Of a stretch of 64,000 nucleotides of DNA, positions 1-11,304 are shown piece after piece. The notes beneath the pieces were generated by a model. It was not told the origin of the DNA. It was given only the letters and a program-made list of their open reading frames with translations, and did not search any database. Source of the DNA: Bispira polyomma (Eukaryota); the NCBI GenBank assembly GCA_965649765.1, contig OZ287750.1, forward strand, positions 6,324,001 to 6,388,000, written 5' to 3'. The translations under genes were made by a program, and so were the position numbers. The first letter of the stretch is position 1. The number at the start of each line of letters is the position of its first letter.

Positions 1-329
1 TTTTAGCAAGGGAATTAATTAGCAGTTTTAAAACAGGTGGGGAAAATAACATCCTGAAGAGAAAAATTCAATATGTAGGTTATGTGTGTGACTATAAGAA
101 ATATATGACTTTATAGAAAACCTTGTACCATGGGGTTAAAGGGCAAAAATGAGATATTATTTTTAAAAACCCATCATTAATGTTACTGACTTTATCAATG
201 AAAAATTTGCCAAATTTATCCGCTAAAAATGTTAGGCAGTGATTTATAGGGAGAACTTTTTCAGATGTTCGATGGAGAATTTCATTTATGGAGGTCCATA
301 ACCTTGGGGGTTGTGTTGATTGTCACCCT

Positions 330-565
330 TTTGGCACTAGATGTCAACCTGTTAAAGTTGTTTGTTTCTTCCAACAAACATAAATTTGGTACAATTCCAT
401 TGAGGCTCGAATTTACGTTTGCGTCTTTTGGCCTCTGTGATGGCAGCATTGGTCTATTTGTGGGGTTTTGTGGGGGAATGGGCTTTAGAGACCAAATGAG
501 CGTGATTATCAAGGATAGTTGAAAGGCTATGATTGTATTGTGCGCTGAGGCTGTCAGTATTCTTG
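330..565 (-). mobile_element. L2/CR1-type LINE ORF2 fragment (linker between endonuclease and RT)
   Basis: Minus frame reads QYNHSLSTILDNHAHLV...*TNAAITEAKRRKRKFEPQW, the YN..L...LD.HAP / I..AKR.RR.ER.W pattern of L2/CR1 ORF2; contains a stop. Confidence 0.55.
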
Positions 566-1444
566 CATTAACTGCTATTATTTATTGTAAGCAGAATTAC
601 ATATCCTACATTTAGATGGAGATTATACAATTTGTGTGATACCAATTTGGATGTAATCAATAAGTTGGTTAGAAGGGAAGCAATTTGTGACATCATAGTA
701 TAATATGATGTGGGTTGGTGTGTGTGTGTGACGTCATATGTGTGTGTGACAAAATGTACTTGTGTATGTAAGAGTACATTAAAATTTTTATAAAAAAAAT
801 TACTCCAGCACATTAAATTTCATGTGGTTGTGTTTGTGATGATCACTGGTAAAGTGCCTAAATACAGGTGTTGATCTAGAGAACATTTTTCACCAGCTTC
901 AAAATTTAAAATTTTGACAACCTTCATCCCAGTATCTAAAATCTAAACAAGTGTCTTTCTTGCATTTCCAATAAACTATTTTGACATTACTTTTAATAAA
1001 CTTGGTTCAATATATGGTTTGGGCGGCAGTTGGCTGCCATTTTAAAGAAGTTGTATATTTTTAGTGTTTTTAGTATGGATTTCAGCATACGTAATGCGTC
1101 AATATGGTAAAGATGCCCAATAGTTTATACAATAGATGGTTAAAAGAGGCAAGGTTAATAGGATGAAACTTTTTCGTGTGATGCCCTTGCAATGTGAAAT
1201 CATATCTTGTGAGTTAATTTTGCTTCATTTACAACCAATCTCAGAACCTACATGTATGCCAGCCAGATTAACGTGTTTCTTTTTCCAGCCAATGACTTAT
1301 GATGTACTGTAACATATTTACAAATATTTGTCATAGTATAACAGTTTGATAGATTAGTTTTCATTACTTTAAAATGGGAACCTTTATTTAATATCTTTTC
1401 CAAATGTGTGAGATTTGTGAGGGTATCAGATTAATGCACTTTAA

Positions 1445-1960
1445 TTTTTTCTTTTTTTTTTTCTTTTTTTTCTTTTTGCATATGTTTATATATATATAGA
1501 GAGAGAGGACACATTTTAAACATCACTCAAAAGCTTCACAAAAGGACAAAGACAAACTCAAAAACAAAGATAAAACAGTACTACTAACAATACTACCGGT
1601 ATGTTGTCGTGACATGGTAAACTAAAAAGCACTTCACATGTGGTGAGCTCTACTGAAAGAGTTTGAGCTAATAGGGTTTTAATATTTTCCCAAAAGTTTA
1701 CAGTTGAGTTTTAATAGATCAAGTGATGCTCTAAAGTATTGGTGTTATTTCCAAAACATTATTTACAAAGAGCATTCTCTCTTGTGCTCTATTTGTGTAA
1801 GTTTTTGTTGCAGTTCAATACTGTGTTCAACACTTTGTACTGAAATGTTTGTAAGGACGTTTCAGAGGTAACATTATTTGCTAATAGAAATATTAAGCTC
1901 CAGTCTATACTCTCTAGGCAGGGAACTAAGTCCACCCAAGTTTCTAATGAGGTGGTTGTC
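1445..1960 (-). mobile_element. L1/Tx1-type LINE 3' fragment (zf-RVT region) with A-rich tail
   Basis: IDWSLIF...LQTFQYKVLNTVLNCNKNLHK*...LCK*C...TLEHHL matches the C-terminal CCHC region of L1/Tx1 ORF2; the T-run at 1445-1478 is the tail on the minus strand. Confidence 0.7.
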
Positions 1961-2046
1961 AATAACAATAATAATATATGCATATACAAGTATATATATA
2001 TTTCTTTTAAGGACCATCATTTATTTTTTAAAGCATTAATAACTGA

Positions 2047-2138
2047 ACAGCCATGTTGTCCAGTATTTCCCGGTATTTCCCGCTATTTCCAGCCATCCCG
2101 GGAAATACTGTATTTCTTGGGAAATATAACAACCCTGA
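2047..2138. mobile_element. Small palindromic MITE-like element
   Basis: Perfect 13-bp inverted repeat CAGTATTTCCCGG (2061-2073) / CCGGGAAATACTG (2098-2110), 10-bp internal tandem, hAT-like CAACCCTG right end. Confidence 0.4.
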
Positions 2139-2747
2139 CTGGAACAGTGACAACCATGCCAGATTTATAACTCTACTTTTTGGGTGTGAATTTCAGACTG
2201 GCAACCTAATACCACATACATGGATGCTAATTTAAGATATGTTGACACTCTACATAGTCCAACTGATAGACAGTACAACAGAGAAAATTGAAGCATTACA
2301 CAATAAGCCTAACTTCATACAACACAGAGTTGCAGTAATCCAGATGGTCGTTAACTAAAGCATTTGCCAGAAGATGTCAAATATAAAATAATTTTTTTTT
2401 GACTTTGCAGGCTTGATAGAACTTTTATCTGTTGAATGACTTTTCTTATTATAAAATATAGTGTAAAGCTAGAGACAGGTCAATGTGAGTTCAACTATAG
2501 TGGATTGATCACCAATAGTGGTAAGTCTTTAAGTAGAGTAGTTACTCCAATATGACACAAACTCTCCACTTGAAATTTTAAACTGTATTTTATGCTATAC
2601 ACCAATAAAAACATAAGAACATGGCCCAATAGAACTTTATTCAGCAACAGACACTTCTAGAACCTATGTTAGGGATGATGACACTAAAATCGTACACAAA
2701 CCATTCTAAATATAATTAACTGAACTTTATATAGTAATTTAGTTCAT

Positions 2748-2753
2748 TTTATT
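2748..2753 (-). promoter_or_regulatory. Polyadenylation signal of the lectin gene
   Basis: AATAAA on the minus strand about 50 nt downstream of the TAA stop at 2803-2801. Confidence 0.55.
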
Positions 2754-2800
2754 GACTCAAATGCTTGTCTGCCTTTACTACCCAGTAGCATTTGACTTTT

Positions 2801-2934
2801 TTAAGCACAAGCTAACCAGTACAGCTTTGCTGAGTAAATCCTGGAAATGGACCAGGTGTTTAGATTGATAGTTATCTGTGAGGCAGATTTGGCAGGAACA
2901 CTTAGCTCAAACCGGAAACTCGTGTCAGTGTCAT
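2801..2934 (-). CDS. H-type lectin coding exon 7 (terminal)
   Basis: TTTTTCAG| then DTDTSFRFELSV...NTWSISRIYSAKLYWLACA*. Confidence 0.85.
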
Positions 2935-3038
2935 CTGAAAAAGAACAGGATATCATGTATCTTCATTTTCAGCTAATCACTGTTAAGAGAAGAAGGCAAT
3001 GTATATAAAATAAGCATATTTTGAATTCAAATGTGGAG

Positions 3039-3087
<49 letters not shown>

Positions 3088-6000
3088 CATTTTGGGACAT
3101 GTTTTAATGTATATGTAAGGCGCGATATAGCCATACAATAATTTTTGTTGGGGATAAACATTTTACATTGATCAAATATCTATTAAACCTAATATAGACA
3201 GTGTTTTCCTGTCACTCTGACACACTAAGGAAGAATGATTGTCGTAACACAAAATATAACAAGGTGGCTCATAGCAGATTGCTTTAAAAGCACCTGTAAA
3301 TGATGCTACAGAAAGTAGCACCACAGGAAAGGCATAAAGTAGACATAGAGTAGAATAAGCTATGGCAGATATTACAGAAATCTGATTGGAGGAATGGACT
3401 TGCCATATTGTTTTAATGTGGTAATGACTTTCGGTGTGGTGTGGAAAGCGGGACTGAATGTGATGACATGGTTCATCCCATTAGGATAATCCTGACCCTT
3501 CCAGTTACAGTAATCACCACAGCCATTAGTGATCTCACCACTCTGACCTGAATAGAACAGGAAAACCACTTTAAGAAGGACACACTCAGCATTGAATACA
3601 AGTACATAAAACAACTGACTTAATAATAACATAACATATATGTAAACAGCATTGGATACCAGTACATAAAACAACCAATTCAACAATAACAAAATAAACA
3701 TAGCATATGAAATACACACATGAAACAAACAGCTTAACAAAGCATATACACCATTAAATATACGACATGGCTGGCTCAACCCCTTCAGAAACTAGGATAC
3801 AAGTTATTTATACTTTGCTCACCCCTAACCCCTTTAGCACATTACTCACAAGATCTGACTGTAGCTGTGTTGTACTGGCTCTGTAGTGTGCTAACACTGC
3901 TAGTCAGACTGGAATCCACAGCAGTCAGTTCTGTAACAACAGGTAACACTTGCAGGGTAACTCTTAGCATAAGTGAGTCATTCAAACCAAAAGTTATGAT
4001 TTGTTTTTTAAACTATATAATATATTATTCTATATATATGTTATCCTTTCTTTACAGAAGGCCAAATCTACACAGACAACCCCAGTTATCTGATTTTATC
4101 AAAATACTTATGTAGAAGCAAATTCCAAGAAGAGGTATTTGAAAAGAGACATGTGATTAAATGACAAAGACATACGAAACACACATAAATGGTCGAAACA
4201 AACTTGACAAAGTACATATTACGGTGAGAGAATAGTTATGAAATGGACATATTTAACAACTGTTTATACACCCTAATATTGTAGTTGGTTATAACAGTCT
4301 AACATTTCACCTACCATTGTAGTTGGTTGTAATAGTCTGACTGTTTTGCATTACTATGGAATTAGTCTGTTCTACCATGGCCATTATACCATTAATATCG
4401 TCATCAATGTCAGAGAGAGCCGCCTCAAACACCTCCACAGTGACATCTAAACCAGTAGTAAAACATGTGTATGGGTCTTAAACTCAAGGGCCAGTGTTCA
4501 CAAAGATCTCAACTTAGTCTCTGGCTTAATATTTTTGTCCCAAATATATATAACAACCTTTGGGTAGTTTTAGTTTTAACAGCAGTAAAGTTAACAGCAA
4601 AGAAGTTTTTTAATGTTCCGAGCACTAAGGCAATCATCTAAAGCTCATATCAAAATATGACGTTTAAATCTGACTTAACACTAAGACCTGTTGTTCATAC
4701 AGATGGGTAGAAAATATGACTTAGTATGACCTAATGAATGGTCCCCAGACAAGACACAATATGTATACGAACAAACGTTTAATTATTAGGTCATTTTTTT
4801 CATTTAAGTGAGCCTAATTTCTTTCAGACTAATTTTAACTTTAAATTTAATGTTTTAATTTTAATTGTTATATATTATGTATCATCAGGCCTGTTAATTT
4901 TCAATGAACCAAGACAAGCACGAAATATAAAGGACTCACACTCTTGTTCCTGTCTGCTAGTTTTCTTACTGGTCATTGTCCCAGGAAACCTACAGCAGAA
5001 ATTACTTGATGTACTGCTTTTTAAAACTGTGGTCACATGATCTATACAGACTGGATAAAGTATGATAATATGGTGTGTACAGATTGGTTAAAGTATGATA
5101 TCATGTGATGTGTACAAACTGGTTAAAGTATGATATCACATGATGTGTACAGACTGGTTAAAGTATGATATGACTTGATGTATATAGACTGGTTCAAGTA
5201 TAATATCAAATGATGTGAACAGACTTGTTACCAAACCTTGTGTAACAACTGTATCCAAAATAATATTTTCTTGGAGGAACTCTGGTTACAAACCTTGAGA
5301 CTCCCCTATTAATCAGTTTATTACCATTACACATCACACAGCTTTTGATTGAGTTTGGCACAGTTTATTACCCCAAATGGAAAAATTTGTAAGTAGTGGC
5401 ACACCATTTAAATAGTTAAGCGATTACTTAAAAATAGGAAACAAAGAGTTGTTAATCTTGTTTCTTGGTTCTTAATAAAGACCTTGATTGTTAAAATAAA
5501 TAAACTATTTAGCGAATTTTAACCCTTTTAAAACTAAATACATAATATTTCTAAAGAAATTAATACCCACAGATAATCCCGACCTGTATCTGGGTGACAA
5601 TAAACCTCAAAAGGTAAGCTGTTTGACTTATCTTTGAGTAACTTTTAACTCTAAGATGACTTCTCATTAGAAAATATAGCAGATAAAGTGCTCAAAATAC
5701 TATCTCAACTGAAGCAATTGTCATTCAAGCTGCTCTGTTTAGCTAAGAGACAGATATATGTGAGTTATGCAAGACCTTTATTGGAGTATAGGGCAGAATT
5801 GTATGATAGTTGCTCTGTTGTATAACAAAAGATGTTAGAATCGATACAACAACAGTTTGGGGAACATCACACAGAGTATAATATTCGGGGCCTATAACGC
5901 TACTAAACATGAATGTATTTGATCTGAATGTGGATCAAGGACAGGCGTTTGATAAAAAACTTGTCATAATGTATTAATTTGTAAATCATTATTCTCTAGA

Positions 6001-8725
6001 TTATCTTTACAAGTTTTGTCCCAAGGGTGGAGTGCATTGCTAAAATCTGAGAAATAGTACGCATATTTAGCCAATCATTTGTAAGAAAGACTATTACCAT
6101 AAATCATTCTTTCCATCAGTTATAAGACTTTGGAACTATCTTGACCCTGACATGAGAGGAGTCTTATCACTCCATTTTTTAAAGTCAAAGTTAGAATTAA
6201 ACTATCATATAAAATTTAATAATGAATTTGTGGCACACAGGTAAATCTGCAGTATACCACAGTAGGCTTAGAATGGATCTTAGTGCTTTGAACTTCCACC
6301 ATAGGTCATACAATTTCATAGAACATGACTGGTGCTCTGTGTGTAAAACTGGTCCAGAATCTGTGACCCATTATTTCATAAAATGCCCTGCTTATGCTGC
6401 TCATAGAGATGAAATGCTACAGACCATAAGCAAGTTATCATATATTTTACTGTATGGCACTGATCTTTTTAAAATTGATACAATAGTATTTGACAGTTGG
6501 TTATTTCACACACCCATTGGTTCACTATCAATTCGATTTGAATGTCACACATGTTACATGCCATCCTATCATCTATCTTGTTTACTAAGAAATAACTTTC
6601 TTTTTGTACTATATCTTATTGTTTAAGTGTGTAAAATGCTTTCTTTTTGAACAAGAACCCTAAGTGGCTTGCAGCTGTGGGTAATTGTCATTAAATAAAT
6701 GATGTCTAAATTAAAAACATACATCACATAATGTGTACAGACCGGTTAAAAATAGTCCTTATGTGTGCACTGTGGTTTAAATGTAAGTCTAAATCTGTCA
6801 AAAATAATACTGTTGACATTGTGGTTCTGTTCTCTCTGTGTCTAAATTCTGGTCAGGCTATGGTGGCATGATTTGTATTTTCTACTTACACAATTGTTTC
6901 TTGATTGCTACAGCCTGGTCATGTACATTTAAGTACTAGATCCTTAGTACCTAGATCCCAGGTATCTTTTTCTCATAATCTTTGTCATGTTTTTTACACT
7001 TGTGGCAATAGAAGTGCATTTTAGAGTTTGTTACAAGAAATTGCTGAACATAGTAACTGTTCGATCAAACAATTTTAACGATGGATAAAAGCTAAAGTAT
7101 TCAACCAAGAGGTTAATTGACAATAGACATACTGTGATATCTAAAGAGGCCACAGAAGTGTGTCTAATCTGTAGGAAATTGTGCTAGGCTTACCTCTTGG
7201 TTGTCTGTGAGTTGGCCATCTTAGGAGATTTGGGGACAGCCTAAAAGTAAACATTTATTTTATGCATATAGACTTATACAAGGAGATTATACACATCCAA
7301 ACAAAAACAATTACATTGTATTTAGCAATTAAATGTAAAAGTGGATCGTATTTGTGTACCATTAATATCAGTGAAATAAGCTTGTGGGGAACATTACCTA
7401 TAGTATCCTATACAGCTATTTACAAATATTTGGCACTTGTTGCATTCGTTCACTGTACAAAATAAAATTAGGAATGTTAATATTTCGATTGCCAATGACA
7501 CTGGATAGATTCTATACACGAGAATATTTATTTATATTAACAGAATATGAAAAATGGTTTAATCTCATACACATCCCTGCAAAATGAGTTAGGTGACAGT
7601 ATATGTTTCCTGTGCTCAATCAATTACTTTTTATTCATTTTCATTTTCAGATAATTTTTAAAGCTTAAATAACTTGATTGTCGATGTAAGCCAATTTCAT
7701 ATGTTGTCAATGGCAAGTCAGTGAAAAAAGTCTGGGTTGTAAGTATGGCAAATGGTAAAAAGTGTGGGTCAGAGGTATGGCAAGTCAGTGGCAAAATTTT
7801 GTAACTTTACTATGATGTAGCTGAGGCATTTTGTTTACCGAGTGAAGCACCAATGAAATTGACTGGTAGCAAAGGATTTTACCGCCTTTTCTACTAATGC
7901 CTCATTAATTAATTAAAATCAAGGTGAAAACAAGTAAACATTCTCCCAACCCACTAGCCAAAATTTTAATATTTAACCTCTTGTGTGATTTCTCTATGTT
8001 TGTTTAAGACACATATCACGGTGTCCTGTCCTTGGACCATCCTCTGCTAGTAGGTGCTGCAGGCCTCGAGTTCTATGTATAATATTATGCATTTTTAATG
8101 CACTTTATTGATGCAAGGCATCTTCTAAAGTGCAACAGCTGAATAAGTGATTTAATCGTGTGATCCACAGACATAGGAAGGTTGCAATGTAGGATGTGGA
8201 GGTGTACAAAAGGGAAACTACAGTCAAAAGGCTAGGTTAAAAAGACAGGCTTTAAGCTTTTTCCTAAAACCCATAAGTGTGTCTGATATCTGATGTTGAC
8301 TGGAAGACTGTTCTCTAACAAGGGAGATGCATGGACAAAGCTCTTGATCCAGTCATTTTTGTGGTATGACGGACTACCTTTATCTGTGTCCTATGTTAAA
8401 TCGACCTTAAAAGGTCATACTATCTACATTGGAAGTCTTTTTTCTTTACGTATACATTATTCTACCTAGGAACTAACTTTTAACATTTCTAATATTTACA
8501 TATTTAAATTTTTCTCCAAACTTATTTTACTATTTATTGTACCTGACTTTGACCAACACCCAACCTTTTTAAACTTCAAGCGACTGACCTATTCATAAGC
8601 TGTTACAGGGTAAATACACTACATACCTGGGCATTGATCCTTTCCATCCATGTGTCAATCCCATTGTTATCCAGGGATGTGGCTGTGGCCACAGTAACAA
8701 CAAACAAACACAATGTCCACTTCAT
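2801..8725 (-). CDS. Secreted H-type lectin domain protein, 203 aa, 7 coding exons: complement(join(2801..2934,3404..3547,3850..3930,4390..4446,4940..4989,7194..7240,8627..8725))
   Basis: All exon phases are compatible (612 nt, no internal stop). Protein: MKWTLCLFVVTVATATSLDNNGIDTWMERINAQAVPKSPKMANSQTTKRFPGTMTSKKTSRQEQEYVTVEVFEAALSDIDDDINELTAVDSSLTSSVSTLQSQYNTATVRSCQSGEITNGCGDYCNWKGQDYPNGMNHVITFSPAFHTTPKVITTLKQYDDTDTSFRFELSVPAKSASQITINLNTWSISRIYSAKLYWLACA. Signal peptide, then the ITF...F..TPKV / R...V / TW...IY....WLAC pattern of the H_lectin fold. Confidence 0.85.
3042..3084. repeat. (TA)n microsatellite
   Basis: Uninterrupted TA run in the last lectin intron. Confidence 0.95.
3404..3547 (-). 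CDS. H-type lectin coding exon 6 (GC donor)
   Basis: ATTCAG|...G|GCAAGT, encodes CQSGEITNG...ITFSPAFHTTPKVITTLKQY. Confidence 0.85.
3850..3930 (-). CDS. H-type lectin coding exon 5
   Basis: TTACAG|...T|GTGAGT, phase 1 to 1, LTAVDSSLTSSVSTLQSQYNTATVRS. Confidence 0.8.
4390..4446 (-). CDS. H-type lectin coding exon 4
   Basis: TTTAG|...G|GTATAA, phase 1 to 1, VTVEVFEAALSDIDDDIN. Confidence 0.75.
4940..4989 (-). CDS. H-type lectin coding exon 3
   Basis: CTGTAG|...T|GTGAGT, phase 2 to 1, FPGTMTSKKTSRQEQE. Confidence 0.75.
5034..5230. repeat. 35-bp minisatellite, about 5.5 copies (one further copy at about 6722-6750)
   Basis: Unit GATGTGTACAGACTGGTTAAAGTATGATATCACAT. Confidence 0.85.
5235..6718 (+). 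mobile_element. 5'-truncated, decayed CR1-like LINE in a lectin intron
   Basis: AFD.VWH..LL / DYL.NR.QRVV RT motifs; C-terminal HSRLRMDLSALN...CSVC...ESVTHYFIKCPAY; AATAAA and A-rich end. Confidence 0.8.
7194..7240 (-). CDS. H-type lectin coding exon 2
   Basis: TTTTAG|...AG|GTAAGC, phase 0 to 2, AVPKSPKMANSQTTKR. Confidence 0.75.
8079..8400 (-). mobile_element. L2 LINE 3' end fragment
   Basis: NSLPVNIR...GFRKKLKACLF followed by a 3' UTR ending GCACTTTAGAAGATGCC...AATGCATAATATTAT. Confidence 0.7.
8627..8725 (-). CDS. H-type lectin coding exon 1 (signal peptide)
   Basis: GCCATG context, MKWTLCLFVVTVATATS..., donor CAG|GTATGT; an upstream acceptor at 8741 implies a 5' UTR exon. Confidence 0.85.
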
Positions 8726-9592
8726 GGCGTCTCAGGATTTCTGTGTAAAATGTCAGAGATAACTGTGACAAGTGTTGCCTTAGCAGACTAAATGCCCTGT
8801 TAATATACAGCACAGACTGACCCCACTCGCTTGACATATTGTCAAAGTTCAACCTACTTACAGTGTACATATGGGATGCATAGAGCTACTACTCACATGA
8901 TTTGCCATACTTTTAGTTTGCTTTTTTTAAGCTAAAAAGCTTAGCAAACAAATTTAGTGGGTCATGTGTTTTGTGGAAACGTCACACTGTAAGAAATATA
9001 TCAGAAAAACCCAAGATTTAACATTGTAAACAGGAAAACATCAAAACAAATAAGAGGAATATGGAAAACTTTAATCTATATATCATCAAATATATTTTAA
9101 ATTGTAAATGACAGTTAATGTATATGTTGTAAATTTTGTGGAATATCATACACATCAAGTAGAGTCAAAATGGAAAACAAGGATGGAAATTTGAAGTCCA
9201 AGGTAGCAGAGTTTGTATTTACACCTAGATCTACTTCACCATATGTAAAGCAGAGCTCACATTGTAACAACAATCGTAGTGGCAGAAAGATCTGTGTTAA
9301 AAGAAAAAAAATCTACTTTTTATCACAAGGGAATAAAGTACTGACAATATTTGTATTAGTTGGCATAGTAAGGAAAAACCTGAGATAAAAGTAATTTCAT
9401 ACGTGTGCATCCAATCTCACAACATAAAATTTGGGTTTTACTTTTTATAAATATTTTACAAATTTTAAAGTTTAATCCACAACTGTTAGTGTCTGTAAAG
9501 GTATATTATTCATGTGTTGGATGGGTGACTGTCCATAAATTCTACTAAGAGCTAAATCATTTCCACCTTTGACCTTAGAAGTACTGTTTTAG

Positions 9593-10285
9593 TACCTGGC
9601 TGCCGACGCCAACAAGCTAGAGGAGGGGATTTTCAGACATTTAGGAATGACACATTTTCCAAACATAGTAAGATACAGCATGATAGAAGTTATCACACAG
9701 ATCAAGCCACCTGCAGTTTCAACCTATGTGCCTTAACAGCAAGTGCCTCAACATCAAGTTGGGTATGTGGATACAGTTACACCATTGACCTTCCATACTA
9801 TCCAGCTGCAGGTCTCAAAGGCTGATCTGCAACTGCATCCAAAGATTCCATGCTACATCATAGATGAGACTACAGTGGCAACTAGGCAGGTGAAACTGGT
9901 CAGCCCATCACCCAGCAAGCAGTTTTCAAACCCACCATCGAATGGCACCACAAATGATGATACAGCTCACAATACTTTATCGATTTCCAGTATTTTTAAA
10001 TATTTTAACACAGAGATACCACAGGATATTTGATACGTACAGATCTTGAGCCTTACACTCGGCGATCAGCAACAACAGCTTGTAACGCTCAGCCTACAGA
10101 TAGTCAGCGATCAGCAACAACCACTTGGAATGCATAGCCTACAGACAGTCAACGATTAGCAACAACAGCTTGGAACGCATAGCCTTCAGACAGTCAGCAA
10201 TCAGCAACAACTGCTTGGAACTCGTAGCCCACAACCACCCAACATCACCTCTGCGTCACAGCCTCCTCCACCATCACCACAGTAG
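9593..10285 (+). pseudogene. 3' part of putative Harbinger accessory (Myb/SANT/MADF-type) gene
   Basis: YLAADANKLEE.DFQTFRND helical motif followed by a Q/P/S-rich tail with in-frame 45-bp repeats; frameshifts and stops present. Identity inferred from position opposite the transposase; the DNA-binding domain itself is not seen. Confidence 0.5.
10067..10228 (+). repeat. 45-bp coding tandem repeat (about 3.5 copies, QQQQLGTHSLQTVSD-like)
   Basis: Unit CAGCAACAACAGCTTGGAACGCATAGCCTTCAGACAGTCAGCAAT. Confidence 0.85.
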
Positions 10286-10339
10286 CCAGTCAGCAGTGTC
10301 CTGGCGGTCCTTTTCAGACAGACATTCATTGAAACTTCC

Positions 10340-10355
10340 GGCCCTTTTAAGGGCC
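10340..10355 (+). promoter_or_regulatory. Histone mRNA 3' stem-loop motif (Histone3-like) after the accessory gene
   Basis: GGCCCT-TTTA-AGGGCC followed by ACCC; perfect 6-bp stem and 4-nt loop. Confidence 0.8.
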
Positions 10356-11202
10356 ACCCGAACATTATTTGAGCTTGAATGTTGAAAATCCCAAACAAAC
10401 GATAATACTGTCCCCTCTAAAGCAATTCCCACATGCAAACATAAATTAATAATCACTGGCCCAGAGTTCAAACCCAAAATAATAATCTCAAACAAACAGA
10501 TTACAATGTCCCCTAAAACAATTCACACATACACACAGAAATTATAAATCACTGACCCAGAGTTCAAACCCCAAAGTAAAAATTGAATGACAGTAAATCT
10601 CCCAGTAACAGTGTTTGTCCCTAGAAATAAAAATGGCCCAAATACCTACCAAATTCAAAGAAAAAGCTCCAATATCCTTTGTAAATTGTAACTTTTAAAT
10701 AAGACAAAGAGAAAAGGAATAATTTAGAAAAAAAAGAGAAACTCTTTCTAACCCCATATTTTGACAGCTGTGCAATACAAGTTTTTTTCATGGACCAAAG
10801 AAATCATTTCCTGAAATGTCCTACTCCAAAACAACTAACCACACCAATAACAGGGTTTGAACCCATGTTATCTGACAATTAATGGCCCACAACCTATTGA
10901 TTGCTGGGGAATCTTTAGATTTTATATTGAGGGGGCAACAGTAAAAAAATTTAATGTCAGTGAAAGGCCTTGGCTTTAAATCTATTTAAATAAGGAGTTT
11001 CTTTCTTGAGTGTGTGTGTTGGAGTCTAAAATATTTTATGTTGGGTTGGAATCTACCATGTTTTTTTATGGTGGGGCCTAAAATATTACATGTATGGCCG
11101 TTGGGTTCTAACTTTATGAAGTGTGATTTGTGAGATGTAATTGGGTTAGGGGTTGAGGGGTACAAACAAATAGCTTTGTAATTGTTCTTGGAAATTTTGA
11201 GT

Positions 11203-11218
11203 GGTCCTGAAAAGGACC
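11203..11218 (-). promoter_or_regulatory. Histone mRNA 3' stem-loop motif (Histone3-like) after the transposase
   Basis: AAAA-GGTCCT-TTTC-AGGACC-ACTCA on the minus strand, then CAAGAACAA about 13 nt downstream. Confidence 0.85.
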
Positions 11219-11304
11219 TTTTAGGTTACAGCTACTGCGACATCTCTGGCTCCGAGTGGCTTCTCATCAGGCTTAGGTAGTTAGGCTCAGACTCAAGCCA
11301 AACT

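Noticed and set aside
5034-5230. CRISPR-like array (also considered for 14776-15014 and 54195-54486)
   Set aside because: Head-to-tail repeats without unique spacers, eukaryotic context, no cas genes.
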